Source: Elsinoe ampelina (Eukaryota). From it: a DNA stretch of 64,000 bases. Made by a program: the position numbers and the translations under genes. The notes beneath the pieces were generated by a model. The model was given only the letters and a program-made list of their open reading frames with translations, did not search any database and was not told the DNA's origin. Where the stretch lies: assembly GCA_010093995.1 (NCBI GenBank), contig ML992511.1, positions 628,745-692,744 on the forward strand, given 5' to 3'. Below, in pieces: positions 36,513 to 47,690 of this stretch; position 1 is the first letter of the stretch, and each line of letters begins with the position of its first letter.

Positions 36513-38989
36513 ATGTCAAAGGCGAAAGAGTCAGCGCCGCGGGTGCTACCACCGAAGGATGATATCAAGGGAACGTGAGTCAATTCCTTCCATAGACCGG
36601 CCATACTGCCGACCACTCTTGTGAATGCGCTGCTGACATTACCGATAGATGGGAGTTCCTCGAAGACGGCGTGGACAAAATCATGAATCACCTGCTCGAC
36701 GGCATCGACATGAAGACCTACATGAGCTTGTACACCGCGATCCACAACTTCTGCACAGCTCAAAAGGCAGTATCAAGCTCGGGGGCACTCAACGCGACTC
36801 ACAGGGGAGGTATGTTATATCACTCACTAGTAAATGATCAGGACTCACCACAGCCAGCACACCTCCTCGGCGAAGATTTGTACCGACGACTCAATGTCTA
36901 CCTCCAGAAGCACCTCGGTCTCGTGCACGAAGAGATGATCAAGCATGCGGATGAGGCTCTTCTTGCAGACTACATCAAAGAGTGGAACAGATACACCACA
37001 GCAGGAACATATAACAACCATCTCTTCCGCTACCTTAACCGTCACTGGGTCAAGCGTGAGGTCGATGAGGGCAAGAAGGACATCTACGACATCTACACCT
37101 TACATCTGGTGCGATGGAAGGAAGACATGTTTGGCAGCACGCAGAATGCGGTCATGGGTGCAGTGCTGAGGCAAGTGGAGAAGCAACGCAACGGAGAGAC
37201 GATCGAGCAAGGTCAAATCAAGAGGGTGGTCGACTCGTTTGTGTCTCTCGGTATCGACGAGCAGGACAGCAGCAAGTCAACACTGGACGTTTACCGCACC
37301 TACTTTGAGAAGCCATACCTGGAGGCTACCGAGAAGTTCTACTCCCAGGAGTCTAGGCAATTTTTGGCGGAGAACTCGGTGGTCGAGTACATGAAAAAGG
37401 CGGAGCAGAGATTGGAAGAAGAGAAGGAGCGTGTCGGACTCTACCTCCTTAATGAGATCATGGTGCCTCTGATGAAGACCTGCGATAAGGCTCTCATCGC
37501 CGACCACTGCACCATCCTCCGCGATGAGTTCCAGATTCTTCTCGACAATGATCGAGTGGAGGACATGGCCCGCATGTACAAGCTGCTTGCCCGAATTCCC
37601 GAAGGTCTGGACCCTCTTCGCGCCAGGTTCGAACAACATGTGCTCAACGCTGGAATGGCTGCCGTCGACAAGATCAACTCACCAGAGCTGGAGCCGAAGG
37701 TCTTCGTCGAGGCACTGCTGGAAGTGCACACCAAGTATTCTGAGCTGGTCAACACTGCCTTTAATGGGGAGTCAGAGTTTGTCCGATCGCTCGATAATGC
37801 CTGCCGCAAGTACGTCAACAGCAACGCTGTCTGCAAGACTGCTTCATCAAGGTCATCCGAACTTCTCTCCAAACATGCCGACACTCTTCTCAAGCGATCT
37901 TCCAAGAGCACTGAAGAAGATGACATGGAGAAGCAGCTGAACGACATCATGACCATCTTCAAATACATCGAGGACAAGGATGTCTTCCACAAGTTCTACA
38001 GCAAAACTCTCGCTAAGCGTCTGGTCAGTGGGACCTCAGCCTCCAATGATGCCGAGACAAGCATGATATCCAAGCTCAAGGACGCCAGTGGTTTCGAGTA
38101 CACCAACAAGTTGCAGCGCATGTTCCAAGATATGCAGACCTCCAAGGATCTCAACGGCGCATTCGACGCATGGCAGAGCAGCAACCTGGATGCCACCGAC
38201 CGCAAGAATGTCATCGACTCATACTACAACGTCCTTGGCACCGGATTCTGGCCCCTCCAACCCACACAGACACCCTTCGTCCCGCCGCAAGAGATTCAAA
38301 GAACCTACGAACGTTTCCAGAACTTCTACACCACCAAGCATCAAGGCCGCAAGCTGACCTGGCTGTGGCACTTGTGCAAGGGTGAGATCCGCGCTAACTA
38401 CGCCAAGATGAACAAGGTGCCATACACTTTTCAGGTCTCGACATACCAGATGGCTATCCTCCTTCTGTTCAACAACAATGACGTGGTCAGCTATGACGAG
38501 ATGTCAGAAGCCACCAAGTTGAGCAAGGAGACTCTTGACCCATCGATTGCTGTCATGATCAAGGCCAGGGTGATCCAGCCACAACCTGAGGGGGCTGGAC
38601 AGGAGAGTGGTACCACCTACAAGCTCAATCTCAACTTCAAGAACAAGAAAATCAAGATCAATCTCAACATCGCCATCAAAGCTGAGCAGAAGCAAGAGGT
38701 GGAGGATACTCACAAGACCATCGAGGAGGATCGAAAGATGCTCATGCAGGTCAGTCAAGTCCACTTTTCACGCATCGTACATTTACTGACAGTCACGCAG
38801 TCCGCAATTGTCCGTATCATGAAATCACGCAAGACAATGAAGCACAGCCAGCTCGTCAGCGAGGTCATCACCCAGATCAAGAACCGTTTCGTCCCCAAGA
38901 TTCCGGACATCAAGAAGTGTATCGACATTCTTCTCGAGAAGGAGTACCTCGAGCGTCTCGAAGGCGACGAGCTCGGGTACCTTGCATAA
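36513..38989 (+). CDS. CUL1: Cullin-1 (SCF scaffold, Cdc53 orthologue)
   Basis: Start MSKAKESAPRVLPPKDDIKGT|WEFLEDG; YMSLYTAIHNFCT, LLGEDLY, YLNRHWVKRE, FKYIEDKDVF, GRKLTWLW, and the neddylation domain IVRIMKSRK...KKCIDILLEKEYLER. Introns near 36575-36648, 36810-36856 and 38750-38800. Confidence 0.96.
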
Positions 38990-39683
38990 GCCTTTTCGAT
39001 ATTCAGCAGCATGATCACAGCACGTCTCGTCACGAACCCCCGGCATACTTTCGGCGTTGCGGTTCTCTCTTTTTGTGCGCCAGCCAAACCTCGCTCGCGC
39101 GACCTTTCCAGATTTCTTGCTCTGCGGCTATGACATGGACGTGGGAAAATGCACCCATTGAAGATAGATATGGGATGACGAGCATGGCGTTGGCGTTAGC
39201 TTGTTTGGCATGAGAGATGAAGCAGTGGTATATCTATGGAGTCGGCTGCTGTGGGGAAGCAAAATTAGATAGCTGGAATCAAGGACATGGCACAGTGTTC
39301 GCCGACTCGCCATCTTGTGCTATTTGTGCTGTAATATGATATCAATGTTCCTCACAGACGGGACCGTTTCTACAGGGCTGGTCTTGGCACTCCGGCCGCT
39401 TGTCGATGCTCCGGCGCGGGCCCGCGACACGCAGGAAGCCGCAACTCTGCTGGTCAACCAGACATCACAAAGTGCTTTGCCAGCTTGACACTTGCGATTT
39501 ACAACAATTTCACCCTGCAAACTCATGCAACACTGACGGCGAACCACCTGGCCTCTCAGATGTGCTCCTCACCCTTTTCAAATCCACACCAAGCATACAA
39601 CCTCATGCCCGACCCTTGACTCGTCCAACAACGACCCCTCAAAATTCACATGAGCTCGCAGCTCACCACGCACCTCTCTCAAC

Positions 39684-42600
39684 ATGGAGAGGGCAAGGAA
39701 GCGTACCGCAGTCTCCACTCTCACCTCCAGCCTCACTGACGCTCCCCAGGCGAACTGCGCGACCTCAACCTCAAGATCTGGTCCGGTGAACGCGGTACTT
39801 CCATTCCCCCCCTTCCCCCACCGAGCACCTCCTCCTGACCAACCCTCTCACAGATGTCTTCCCCACCGCCCCCTCGCTCGACTCCTCCATGAAGAAAAAC
39901 ACCACCTTCATCAAGCGCTTGCGCACCGGCATCATCGCCTCCTCCCTCCCCGTCTTCCTCGCCGAAATCAAAACCCTCTCCCTCCACAAATACCTCTCCG
40001 AGATCATCAGCGCCTGCTTCGAGGGTATCTGCAAGCTGAAATCCCCCGCCGACATCGCCGTCGGAGTCGAGGTCGTCTCTGCCCTGCACCAGCGGTTCGG
40101 CGTGGAGGAGTTCACGGCTTATCTGGGGTGGTATGTGGGGAGGGGATTGAGTATGCCTGACAAAGGGGTTTTGAAGGGGATGAGTCACGAGGTGAGGGAG
40201 AGGGAGGAGAGGGAGAGGGTTGCGCGCCAGAGGGTGTTGCTTCGAGTTGCTACGGAGTTGTGGTTGGTTGGGGTGTTGAGGAGTTTGGATGACGTGTCGA
40301 GGCCGGAGGAGGCGGGCAAGGGGAAGGAGGGGAAGGAGGAGAAGAAGAGGGTGGGGGGTAAGGGGGAGGAGGAGCCCTTGCCGTTGGAGGCGTTGAAGGA
40401 GTTGTTGGGGCATGATAGGGAGCATGCGAATTTGCCGTTGGTGGTGCTGTTTGTCAAGACATTCAGCTGGGATGTGCTGGGGAGGAAGGCGAATAAGGTG
40501 GGCGAGAGAAAGAGGGTGGCGGAGGATGGGACGACGACGACTGGGGAAGCGCGGTCGGGGGCGAGCACGGAGACGGAGGAGGTTGGGGCCGAGGATGCGC
40601 CTTTGATCGATGCGGCGCTGCAGCAGAGGTTCAAGAATGTGCTCAATCGCTATTTTGAGGACGTCAAGGCTCATGTGGCGCGAGACCAGCAACATCTCAG
40701 CTCGCAAGGGAAGCGCAATGCGGAAGCCTACGTCAAGTCGGGAGAGGTCTTCGAGGATCGTCAAGCCAACTACGAGAAGCTGGTCAAGTCACAGGAGAAG
40801 CTCGTCGCCAATGCGCAAGTCCTCGCCGATGCTTTGGGTGCTGACATGCCGGATCTGGCGGAGAAGGAGTCTGCAAACGCAGGAGGCGACGGAGGTATCG
40901 GACTTGTCAAGACTGGTGAATACCTGCGCGGTCAGACTGATGGTGCTGGTATCTGGGAAGACGACGAAGAGCGCCGATTTTACGAGAACATGATCGACTT
41001 GCGCGAGCGGGTACCTGGTATTCTTCTGGAAGATCCGAAGAAGAAGAAGACGGATGGCGGAGAGGAGGTCAAGAAGGAAGAGAAGGCTGCAGAGGACTCG
41101 ACACCAACCGAGCCGGAGAAGAAGGCAGACGCAGCAGATGATCAGTCGACTGCGATCGCCAACAAGACTGTAGGTGCTCAGGTGGACTCGCTTCTTGCAC
41201 GACTGCCTGAACTCGTCACGCGAGATCAGGTCGATCAATTCGCCATCGACTTCTGCTTTGTCAATTCGAAAGCTTCTCGCAACAGGCTAGTCCGCGCTGT
41301 TGAAGAGATACCCAAGGGCAGGGTCGATCTCCTGCCACTGTACTCACGATTGGTCGCGACTCTGAGCAAGTGTCTGCCGGACGTATCTCAAGGCATCGTC
41401 AGCCACTTGGACGATGAATTCCGCAGTCTTCAGCGACGCAAGTCGAAAGAGTTTCTCGGCCAGGTACGAATGACCAACATCAGGTACATCGCGGAGCTGA
41501 CAAAATTCGGCGTCGTCCCGGAACATGTGGTCTTCCACTGCTTGAAGGTATGCTTGGATGATTTTTCTAGGATGAACATTGAGATCATTGCGAATCTATT
41601 GGAAAACTGTGGACGATATCTCTTGAGGAACCCAGAGACGTCACCACGCATGGCTTCTTTCTTGGAGACTCTTCAACGCAAGAAGAGCGCTCAACATCTA
41701 GGACAGCAGGAGCGTATGCTCATCGAGAACGCCGTGTACTATGTCAATCCGCCCGAGCGAGCTGCGATTCAGCAGAAGGAGCGTGATCCTCTTGATCTGT
41801 ACATCCGCAAGCTCATCTACCTCGATCTGTCTAAGAAATCGCTCGAGAAGATCATCAAGCAGATCCGCAAGCTGCATTGGGAAGAACCAGAGGTACCGGA
41901 GATGTTGCGCAAGATCTTCACAAAGCCTGGCAAGATCAAGTACAGCAACGTTTACCTCTTGGCCGTCATCCTTGGAGCACTTCATCGATACCACCAGGAT
42001 TTTGCCATCTCGGTCATGGACGACTTGGTGGAAAAAATCACGGTGGGTCTAGAAGTGAATGATTTCAAAGCTAACCAGAAACGCATCGCAGAGGTCAAGT
42101 ACCTCGGCGAACTGTACACTTACCGCATGGTGGACTCTACTCTCATCTTCGACACACTGTTCAAGCTCTGCAACTATGGTCATCCAGGAGGACATGCTCG
42201 TCCAGGCTCGATCTGTCCGATCGATTTGCCGGATGATTTCTTCCGCATCAGGCTTGTAGGCGCACTGCTTGAGACTTGTGGCTCTTTCTTCGAGAAGGGC
42301 GCCGTGAGGAGGAAGCTTGATTTCTTCCTCATGTTTCTGCAGGTAAGGAACTTGTTCGATTTCTCTCCGTCGGTTCATTGACCATTTAGTACTATATCTA
42401 CACCAAGGATCCGATGCCCATGGACATCGACTTTCTGGTACAGGATACGTTCGCACAGCTTCGGCCTCAGTGGAAGTTGGCGACGAGCTTTGACGAGGCG
42501 AGTCAGAAGTTTGCAGAGGCTTGTAGGCAGAATTACCAGCATACTGCTACTGCGAAGGAGCAGGAGCCGGAAGAGCCAGAGGAGTTACCTTCGTCTGATG

Positions 42601-44021
42601 AGAACAGAGAGGATGGCGAGGAAGATGGACCGGCGGTGAATGGACATTCGCCGTCGGAGAGCGAGACCGAGGTAAGATATTGGGCCCGGCCCTTCTCCCT
42701 GCGCTGACACGCGCTAGGATCAGAATGGCGACGAAGGCACAGGCCACGAATCCGAAGATGAACAGATCGTCGTCACTCGTCCGGAGGAGATGCGCGACCC
42801 GGAAGCAGATGCTGACTTTGATCGCGAACTCGCTAAGCTCATGTCTGACAGTGTCGAATCTCGCAAGTTCGACCGCAAGCAGGTCTTTGATGTGCCATTG
42901 CCGATGCGCCGCAATATGCAGAACAACGCCACCGCGCCAGCGGCGGACCCTGAGGATGCTCCTGCACCAGCGCCTGCAGCAGCTCCCAACGGGAACACCA
43001 TGAAGTTCGCACTACTCAGCAGACGAGGGAATAAGCAACAGGTCTGTCTCCCCGCTTCCCTGTTCCTTGTCCCTTCTCTCTTTTTGGCCCCCCTCCCTGT
43101 CCCGGCCACACGACTGATCCCGTACAGACCCGCGCCATCGACCTCCCAGCCGACTCCAACTTTGCCGTCGCCATGCTCCACCAACAACAAGCCGAGCGGG
43201 CAGAGCAACAACGCATCAAATCCCTCGTGCTCAACTACGACCTGAGCAGCACCGACGAGACCCAAGCAGACGGTAGTCAAGACCCTTTCCTTTGTCCTTT
43301 ACAGCGCAACCCCAACCACAAGAGCCGCTCGTCCAGGCGCCAGACCGCCTCGGACGGACAAGGCAAGACCACTGCACAGAAGACTGCACGGCAGCAGAAC
43401 GAAGCGGGATTCAACCCCGCTCTCCCCGATCATCCATCGTCAGCGCTCGCGAGTTTTGTAGTCAAGAAGGCAAACGCAACTGCGGAGGAGCAACAGGGTA
43501 AGGGACGGGGACAGAGCCAGCGGGAGGGCGGGAAGAGGTCTTACGCCGCGTCGTTGAGGGAGCGAGGGGATGGAGGCGGCTTTGCTCCTTTGGCTTTGGC
43601 TCCTGTGGCGGGCGCGGGCGAGATGGGGGAGGAGATCGCACTGAGTCCGAGGGAGGGAGGGAGGGGGGAGAAGGGGGAGAATTTGGGGCCTGCTTAGTCC
43701 TTTGTTCCGACTCTGCTCTCGTTCTGCTCCGACCTTGCTCTGGCTCCGGTCTGGCTCTGAGGAAGCGGAGGAGATGAGGGAGTGAAGAAGGTGGTGGTGG
43801 TGGGGAAAGATGCAGGACAGTCGTTGCGGTTGCGGTTGCTTTTCCCCCCTTTGCCTTTGTCCACTGTGCTTTCTTGCTTGGGCCGTACAGTAGGGGACGT
43901 GAAGCTGACGGAGAGTTTAGGTATCGATCAGCAGTATCATCAGCCCCGGTTTGACAAGGCGGGTAGCTCGAGGGGGACGCAGAGGGCGAGGAAGTTGCAG
44001 CTTAGCGACGTTGATTGGTAA
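39684..44021 (+). CDS. UPF2: Nonsense-mediated decay factor Upf2/Nmd2
   Basis: MERARKR first exon, LDSSMKKNTTFIKRLR, three MIF4G domains (GIWEDDEERRFYE, YIAELTKF, KYLGELY, DDFFRIRL), acidic region, Upf1-binding MKFALLSRRGNKQQ. The last exon ends RKLQLSDVDW; the exact stop is uncertain because TG|GTAAGT could be another intron. Confidence 0.93.
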
Positions 44022-44746
44022 GTTGCCTTTCTGGGGGTTTTGCACTGGGTGGACGGGAGGGGGGAGGGAGTCCGCGGGAGACCGAGGAGTGATCTGGGTG
44101 GGTGAGTGGAAGTGCTGACGGAGACAGGACTTGATGAAGGTGCTGTGGGGATTATGGATGGATCTATACCGAGCGTATTGCCAGTGCCCAAAGATGTGGA
44201 CGGCATAAATCGACGTGCTTCTGGCCTGGACTGGGTACTTGACTATACTGGTTCGACTGGTCATCACTGCCGCCGCTGTCGCCATCACTGCGGCCATCTC
44301 ACAGGCTCCGACGCTATACCGTCCAGGATTGTGAAGACATGATGTCGCGGATGCGGGGACGCTTCATGTTTTCATCACACGTCCAGGTAGTTCGTGCGAT
44401 GGGCGTGGGGGACAGCTCTGTGGCCTCGGCTGGTTAGATGCTGGACTAGACAGTGCATTGCAGCGATCTAGAGCTGCAGTTTGGGGGTTTTCGCTGCAGA
44501 TCTAGGGGCGAGACACGGAAGGCGGGAGCGCGAATGATGTGGAGGATGTATCACAGTCTTTACCGAAATGATGGCCGTAGTGCTTACACCAGGCCAGAAA
44601 AATGCAGGATTGATATTCATTATCGTGAATCATAGGGTGAATGCTTTTGGGTCGTCAGGTCGCGCAGGGGAAAAGGTCATGATCCACCTCGCCGGCCTCG
44701 CTCTTTCCAGCCTCCATCATGCTTCACCATCTGCACTTCAGACTTT

Positions 44747-45262
44747 CTACGCTGGAGTCGTCGGCTGGCTTGTGGTATAACCCGCCCTCTTGTCGACAGC
44801 TTCCGAGCTCAGCATCCTCTCCATGTTCATCCTCTTCTGATTACCCTGTTTGAAACTCTGCTGCCTTCCCAACACTCCGAGTAATGGCCTGCCCTCTCCC
44901 TCCGTCACTGGCCCCGTTGGACTCGTGCCGCTCGTCGCTTGACTGACCTGCGCACTCCCTGCGTCACCCCGGTACGCCAGACCGGAGGAATAGCGGGGCT
45001 CTGAACTGGATGAAGCTGCTAAACCGGACTTGTCTTCTGTCGAGACTGTCTCCTTCAATCGGTCTGCGAGAGCGGTCTCGTAATTGTTGGTCTTGCGGCG
45101 GTGGAGGGTGCCGTGAGGAGAGATGGGGTCGGATGGAGTCGCCGTGCCGGATTGGTGGTTTGATGGAGGGTTGGAGTCGATGAGAGAACGGGTGGCGGCC
45201 GCTGAGGGGCGTGAGAAGCTGTATGGTTCAGATGAAGCGGCGGCAGGGCTGACGGAGGTCAT
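44747..45262 (-). CDS. Hypothetical Ser/Thr-rich protein, 171 aa
   Basis: Single ORF with good start context (CACAATG) and fungal-like composition; motifs LHRRKTNNYETAL and LGRQQSFK. No family recognised. Confidence 0.65.
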   Translation of the reverse strand: MTSVSPAAASSEPYSFSRPSAAATRSLIDSNPPSNHQSGTATPSDPISPHGTLHRRKTNNYETALADRLKETVSTEDKSGLAASSSSEPRYSSGLAYRGDAGSAQVSQATSGTSPTGPVTEGEGRPLLGVLGRQQSFKQGNQKRMNMERMLSSEAVDKRAGYTTSQPTTPA

Positions 45263-45760
45263 TGTGCTGGTGTATTATGTGGTGCTGGTGGAAGAGTAAC
45301 GTTCCTGAACGAAGCTGGTGATGGAACTGGTGAGCAAGGCTTGGACCGTGTCGACGTTGGAGGTATTACTGTTGACGACGGTTGATGTCGTGGTTCAATC
45401 GTGGCTTTTCGTGGGAGCTTGAAGTCGATTGAGATGTCTCGGGTGTGCGATGTATACCGTGGCCGCTGGTAGAGATGGTTGGAGCGAACTCTGGTTTGGC
45501 GGAGAAGTTGAACGCTTTTAGTTGTTTGAAAGGAATGACAGATCTCTAGAGGGGCGAGAGGGGATGCCTGATCCCTTTGAGCACAGAAAGAGCTCAACAA
45601 AAGTTTTGGTGAGGGTGTGTTCACATGCTCCTTCTCCAGAAAACGCCCATGACGGACTCGTGCAGAATGCGGGGCAAGAGCTCAACCTTCGATCTGCTAG
45701 GTCCCCCACATGGGATTTCGAAACAATTTTCGAGTTCCCTTGAAGGGCAGATTTGCTCTT

Positions 45761-45890
45761 GCATCGAACGCAAGACCTTCAGATTTCGGGACTGGAGTTT
45801 TTGGCTTCAGCTGAGTTTCTTTAGCATGTTGCAATTTTAGTCAGAATCGTGGCACAAACTCTGACGCTCTCCCAGCTGAGCTATTGACGC
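45761..45890 (-). tRNA. tRNA-Phe(GAA)-like gene with two intervening sequences and a non-canonical 3' end (function uncertain)
   Basis: Minus strand: GCGTCAA TA GCTC AGCTGGGA GAGC G TCAGA [49 nt GTTTGT...CAG] CT GAA G [20 nt] A TCTGA AGGTC TTGCG TTCGAT. After removing both inserts, the D arm, anticodon arm and variable loop match eukaryotic tRNA-Phe, and A and B boxes are intact. No clean T-stem or acceptor 3' strand follows. Confidence 0.75.
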
Positions 45891-45897
45891 TTTAGAT

Positions 45898-45971
45898 TAC
45901 TTAGGAGAGCGGCGGATCTCTTTATATACTTAGGAAAACGGCGGAATTTTTGAACTACTTAGGAGAGTAGG
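45898..45971 (+). repeat. 29-bp-period tandem repeat (about 2.5 copies) at the euchromatin/RIP border
   Basis: TACTTAGGA(G/A)A starts at 45898, 45927 and 45956; the first two copies continue CGGCGGA. Confidence 0.75.
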
Positions 45972-46140
45972 AACTGTCTTTCGAACAAGCTTTAGGCATA
46001 GTCTAACCTTGCCTAGTATAAGATTATTAAGCCTAGACACTAATTACTAAGGAATAACCGGAGCTGCTTTAAGGGTTTAAGATTTAGAAGGAAGCGTCCG
46101 GCATTAAGAGTAGATCCGGCCGTAACAAGCGAAAAAGTGT

Positions 46141-47690
46141 TATTAACTTGTGTAGGGGAGGAAAAAGGATTAATTACTAACTACACCACTAAAATAAGGT
46201 AGATTATAACTATATAAATACTTAACCTAGTATACTAAAAGATAGCTAAATTAAAAGAACTTCTTAATAGTAATAGATTAAGACAATAATTATCTAATTT
46301 AATTATAGATTAGTAAAATAGTAAGATAGTATTTAGTTTAACCTTAGGATGAACTAAATTAGAGTCTTCTTAGCGCTCTAGCTTATACCTTAGTTAATAC
46401 ACCCCTTTACTAAATAGCTATAAGACTATTATAGCTAGTTAGTAGACTACTAACTCGAGGGATAGCTATTATAAGAAGGCCTTATACCTTCTAGGTAGTA
46501 ATAACTTAATTAATCTATTAGCTAAGGTGTCTACTAATAGTGTCTATATTACTAAGATAGNNNNNNNNNNNNNNNNNNNNNNNNNNNNNNNNNNNNNNNN
46601 NNNNNNNNNNNNNNNNNNNNNNNNNNNNNNNNNNNNNNNNNNNNNNNNNNNNNNNNNNNNNNNNNNNNNNNNNNNNNNNNNNNNNNNNNNNNNNNNNNNN
46701 NNNNNNNNNNNNNNNNNNNNNNNNNNNNNNNNNNNNNNNNNNNNNNNNNNNNNNNNNNNNNNNNNNNNNNNNNNNNNNNNNNNNNNNNNNNNNNNNNNNN
46801 NNNNNNNNNNNNNNNNNNNNNNNNNNNNNNNNNNNNNNNNNNNNNNNNNNNNNNNNNNNNNNNNNNNNNNNNNNNNNNNNNNNNNNNNNNNNNNNNNNNN
46901 NNNNNNNNNNNNNNNNNNNNNNNNNNNNNNNNNNNNNNNNNNNNNNNNNNNNNNNNNNNNNNNNNNNNNNNNNNNNNNNNNNNNNNNNNNNNNNNNNNNN
47001 NNNNNNNNNNNNNNNNNNNNNNNNNNNNNNNNNNNNNNNNNNNNNNNNNNNNNNNNNNNNNNNNNNNNNNNNNNNNNNNNNNNNNNNNNNNNNNNNNNNN
47101 NNNNNNNNNNNNNNNNNNNNNNNNNNNNNNNNNNNNNNNNNNNNNNNNNNNNNNNNNNNNNNNNNNNNNNNNNNNNNNNNNNNNNNNNNNNNNNNNNNNN
47201 NNNNNNNNNNNNNNNNNNNCTTATAACTTAGATAGCTAGAAACTAGCTTAGATCTCTAAGCACCTTTATCTTATATTTAGTATAGAGAGCTATAATAATA
47301 GTATTAGCTTTCTCCTTATGCTTCTTAAGATATATAATAGTAATATTATTTATAAAGAAGAAGATTATTACTTTAAGTATTATCTAGAGGTATAGAGCCT
47401 TAGGGGCTTAAGTAAATCTAATGCCCTTTAGAGTAGTAGTAAATTTAGTATACTAGAGAGCTAAGGCTTACTTTAGGCTATATAGTGCCTTATTAAGCAA
47501 TAGAATTACCTCTAATAGAGTAATACTAGAATAGTCCTTTATAAGATTCTCTACTACTAGCTTAAATCTAGTAGAGATAGTATAGTAGGTAGTCTTATTA
47601 ATAGGACTATTAATATAGGCATTAATAATATCTATCTAGATAGCCTTTATGTTTTTATAAGTAAGTAATGCTATAAGCATTCTAAAGATC
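46141..47690 (-). mobile_element. RIP-inactivated Ty1/Copia retrotransposon, 3' part (RT, RNase H, PPT, 3' LTR), spanning the assembly gap
   Basis: Minus-strand remnants *IDIINAYINS (QMDVxNAY), LLNKALYSLK*A (LxKALYGLKQA), FFFINNI (FVDD), LRDLS*FLAI (LGDLSWFLGI) and LANRLIKLL (LADGLTK). PPT AAAGGGGTG abuts an LTR at 46141-46399 with inverted termini TATTAAC...GTTAATA (RIP-converted TG...CA). Confidence 0.88.
46561..47219. other. Assembly gap (N run)
   Basis: Run of n characters. Confidence 1.

Noticed and set aside
1..44021. Apparent clustering of RNA-metabolism genes (cyclin, eEF2, RBM26, MRPL3, UPF2)
   Set aside because: They are interspersed with unrelated housekeeping genes; no shared motif or evidence of a functional cluster.
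44960..44968. GTGACGCA on the minus strand as the missing tRNA acceptor 3' strand
   Set aside because: It lies inside the 171-aa ORF, has no preceding T-stem strand or splice acceptor, and is short enough to be chance.
45638..45762. Structured domain as RNase P/MRP, SRP, U snRNA, telomerase RNA or hammerhead ribozyme
   Set aside because: None of the diagnostic conserved motifs were found by eye; an Rfam search would settle it.
46527..47231. 234-aa ORF in the track
   Set aside because: Artefact of translating the N gap.
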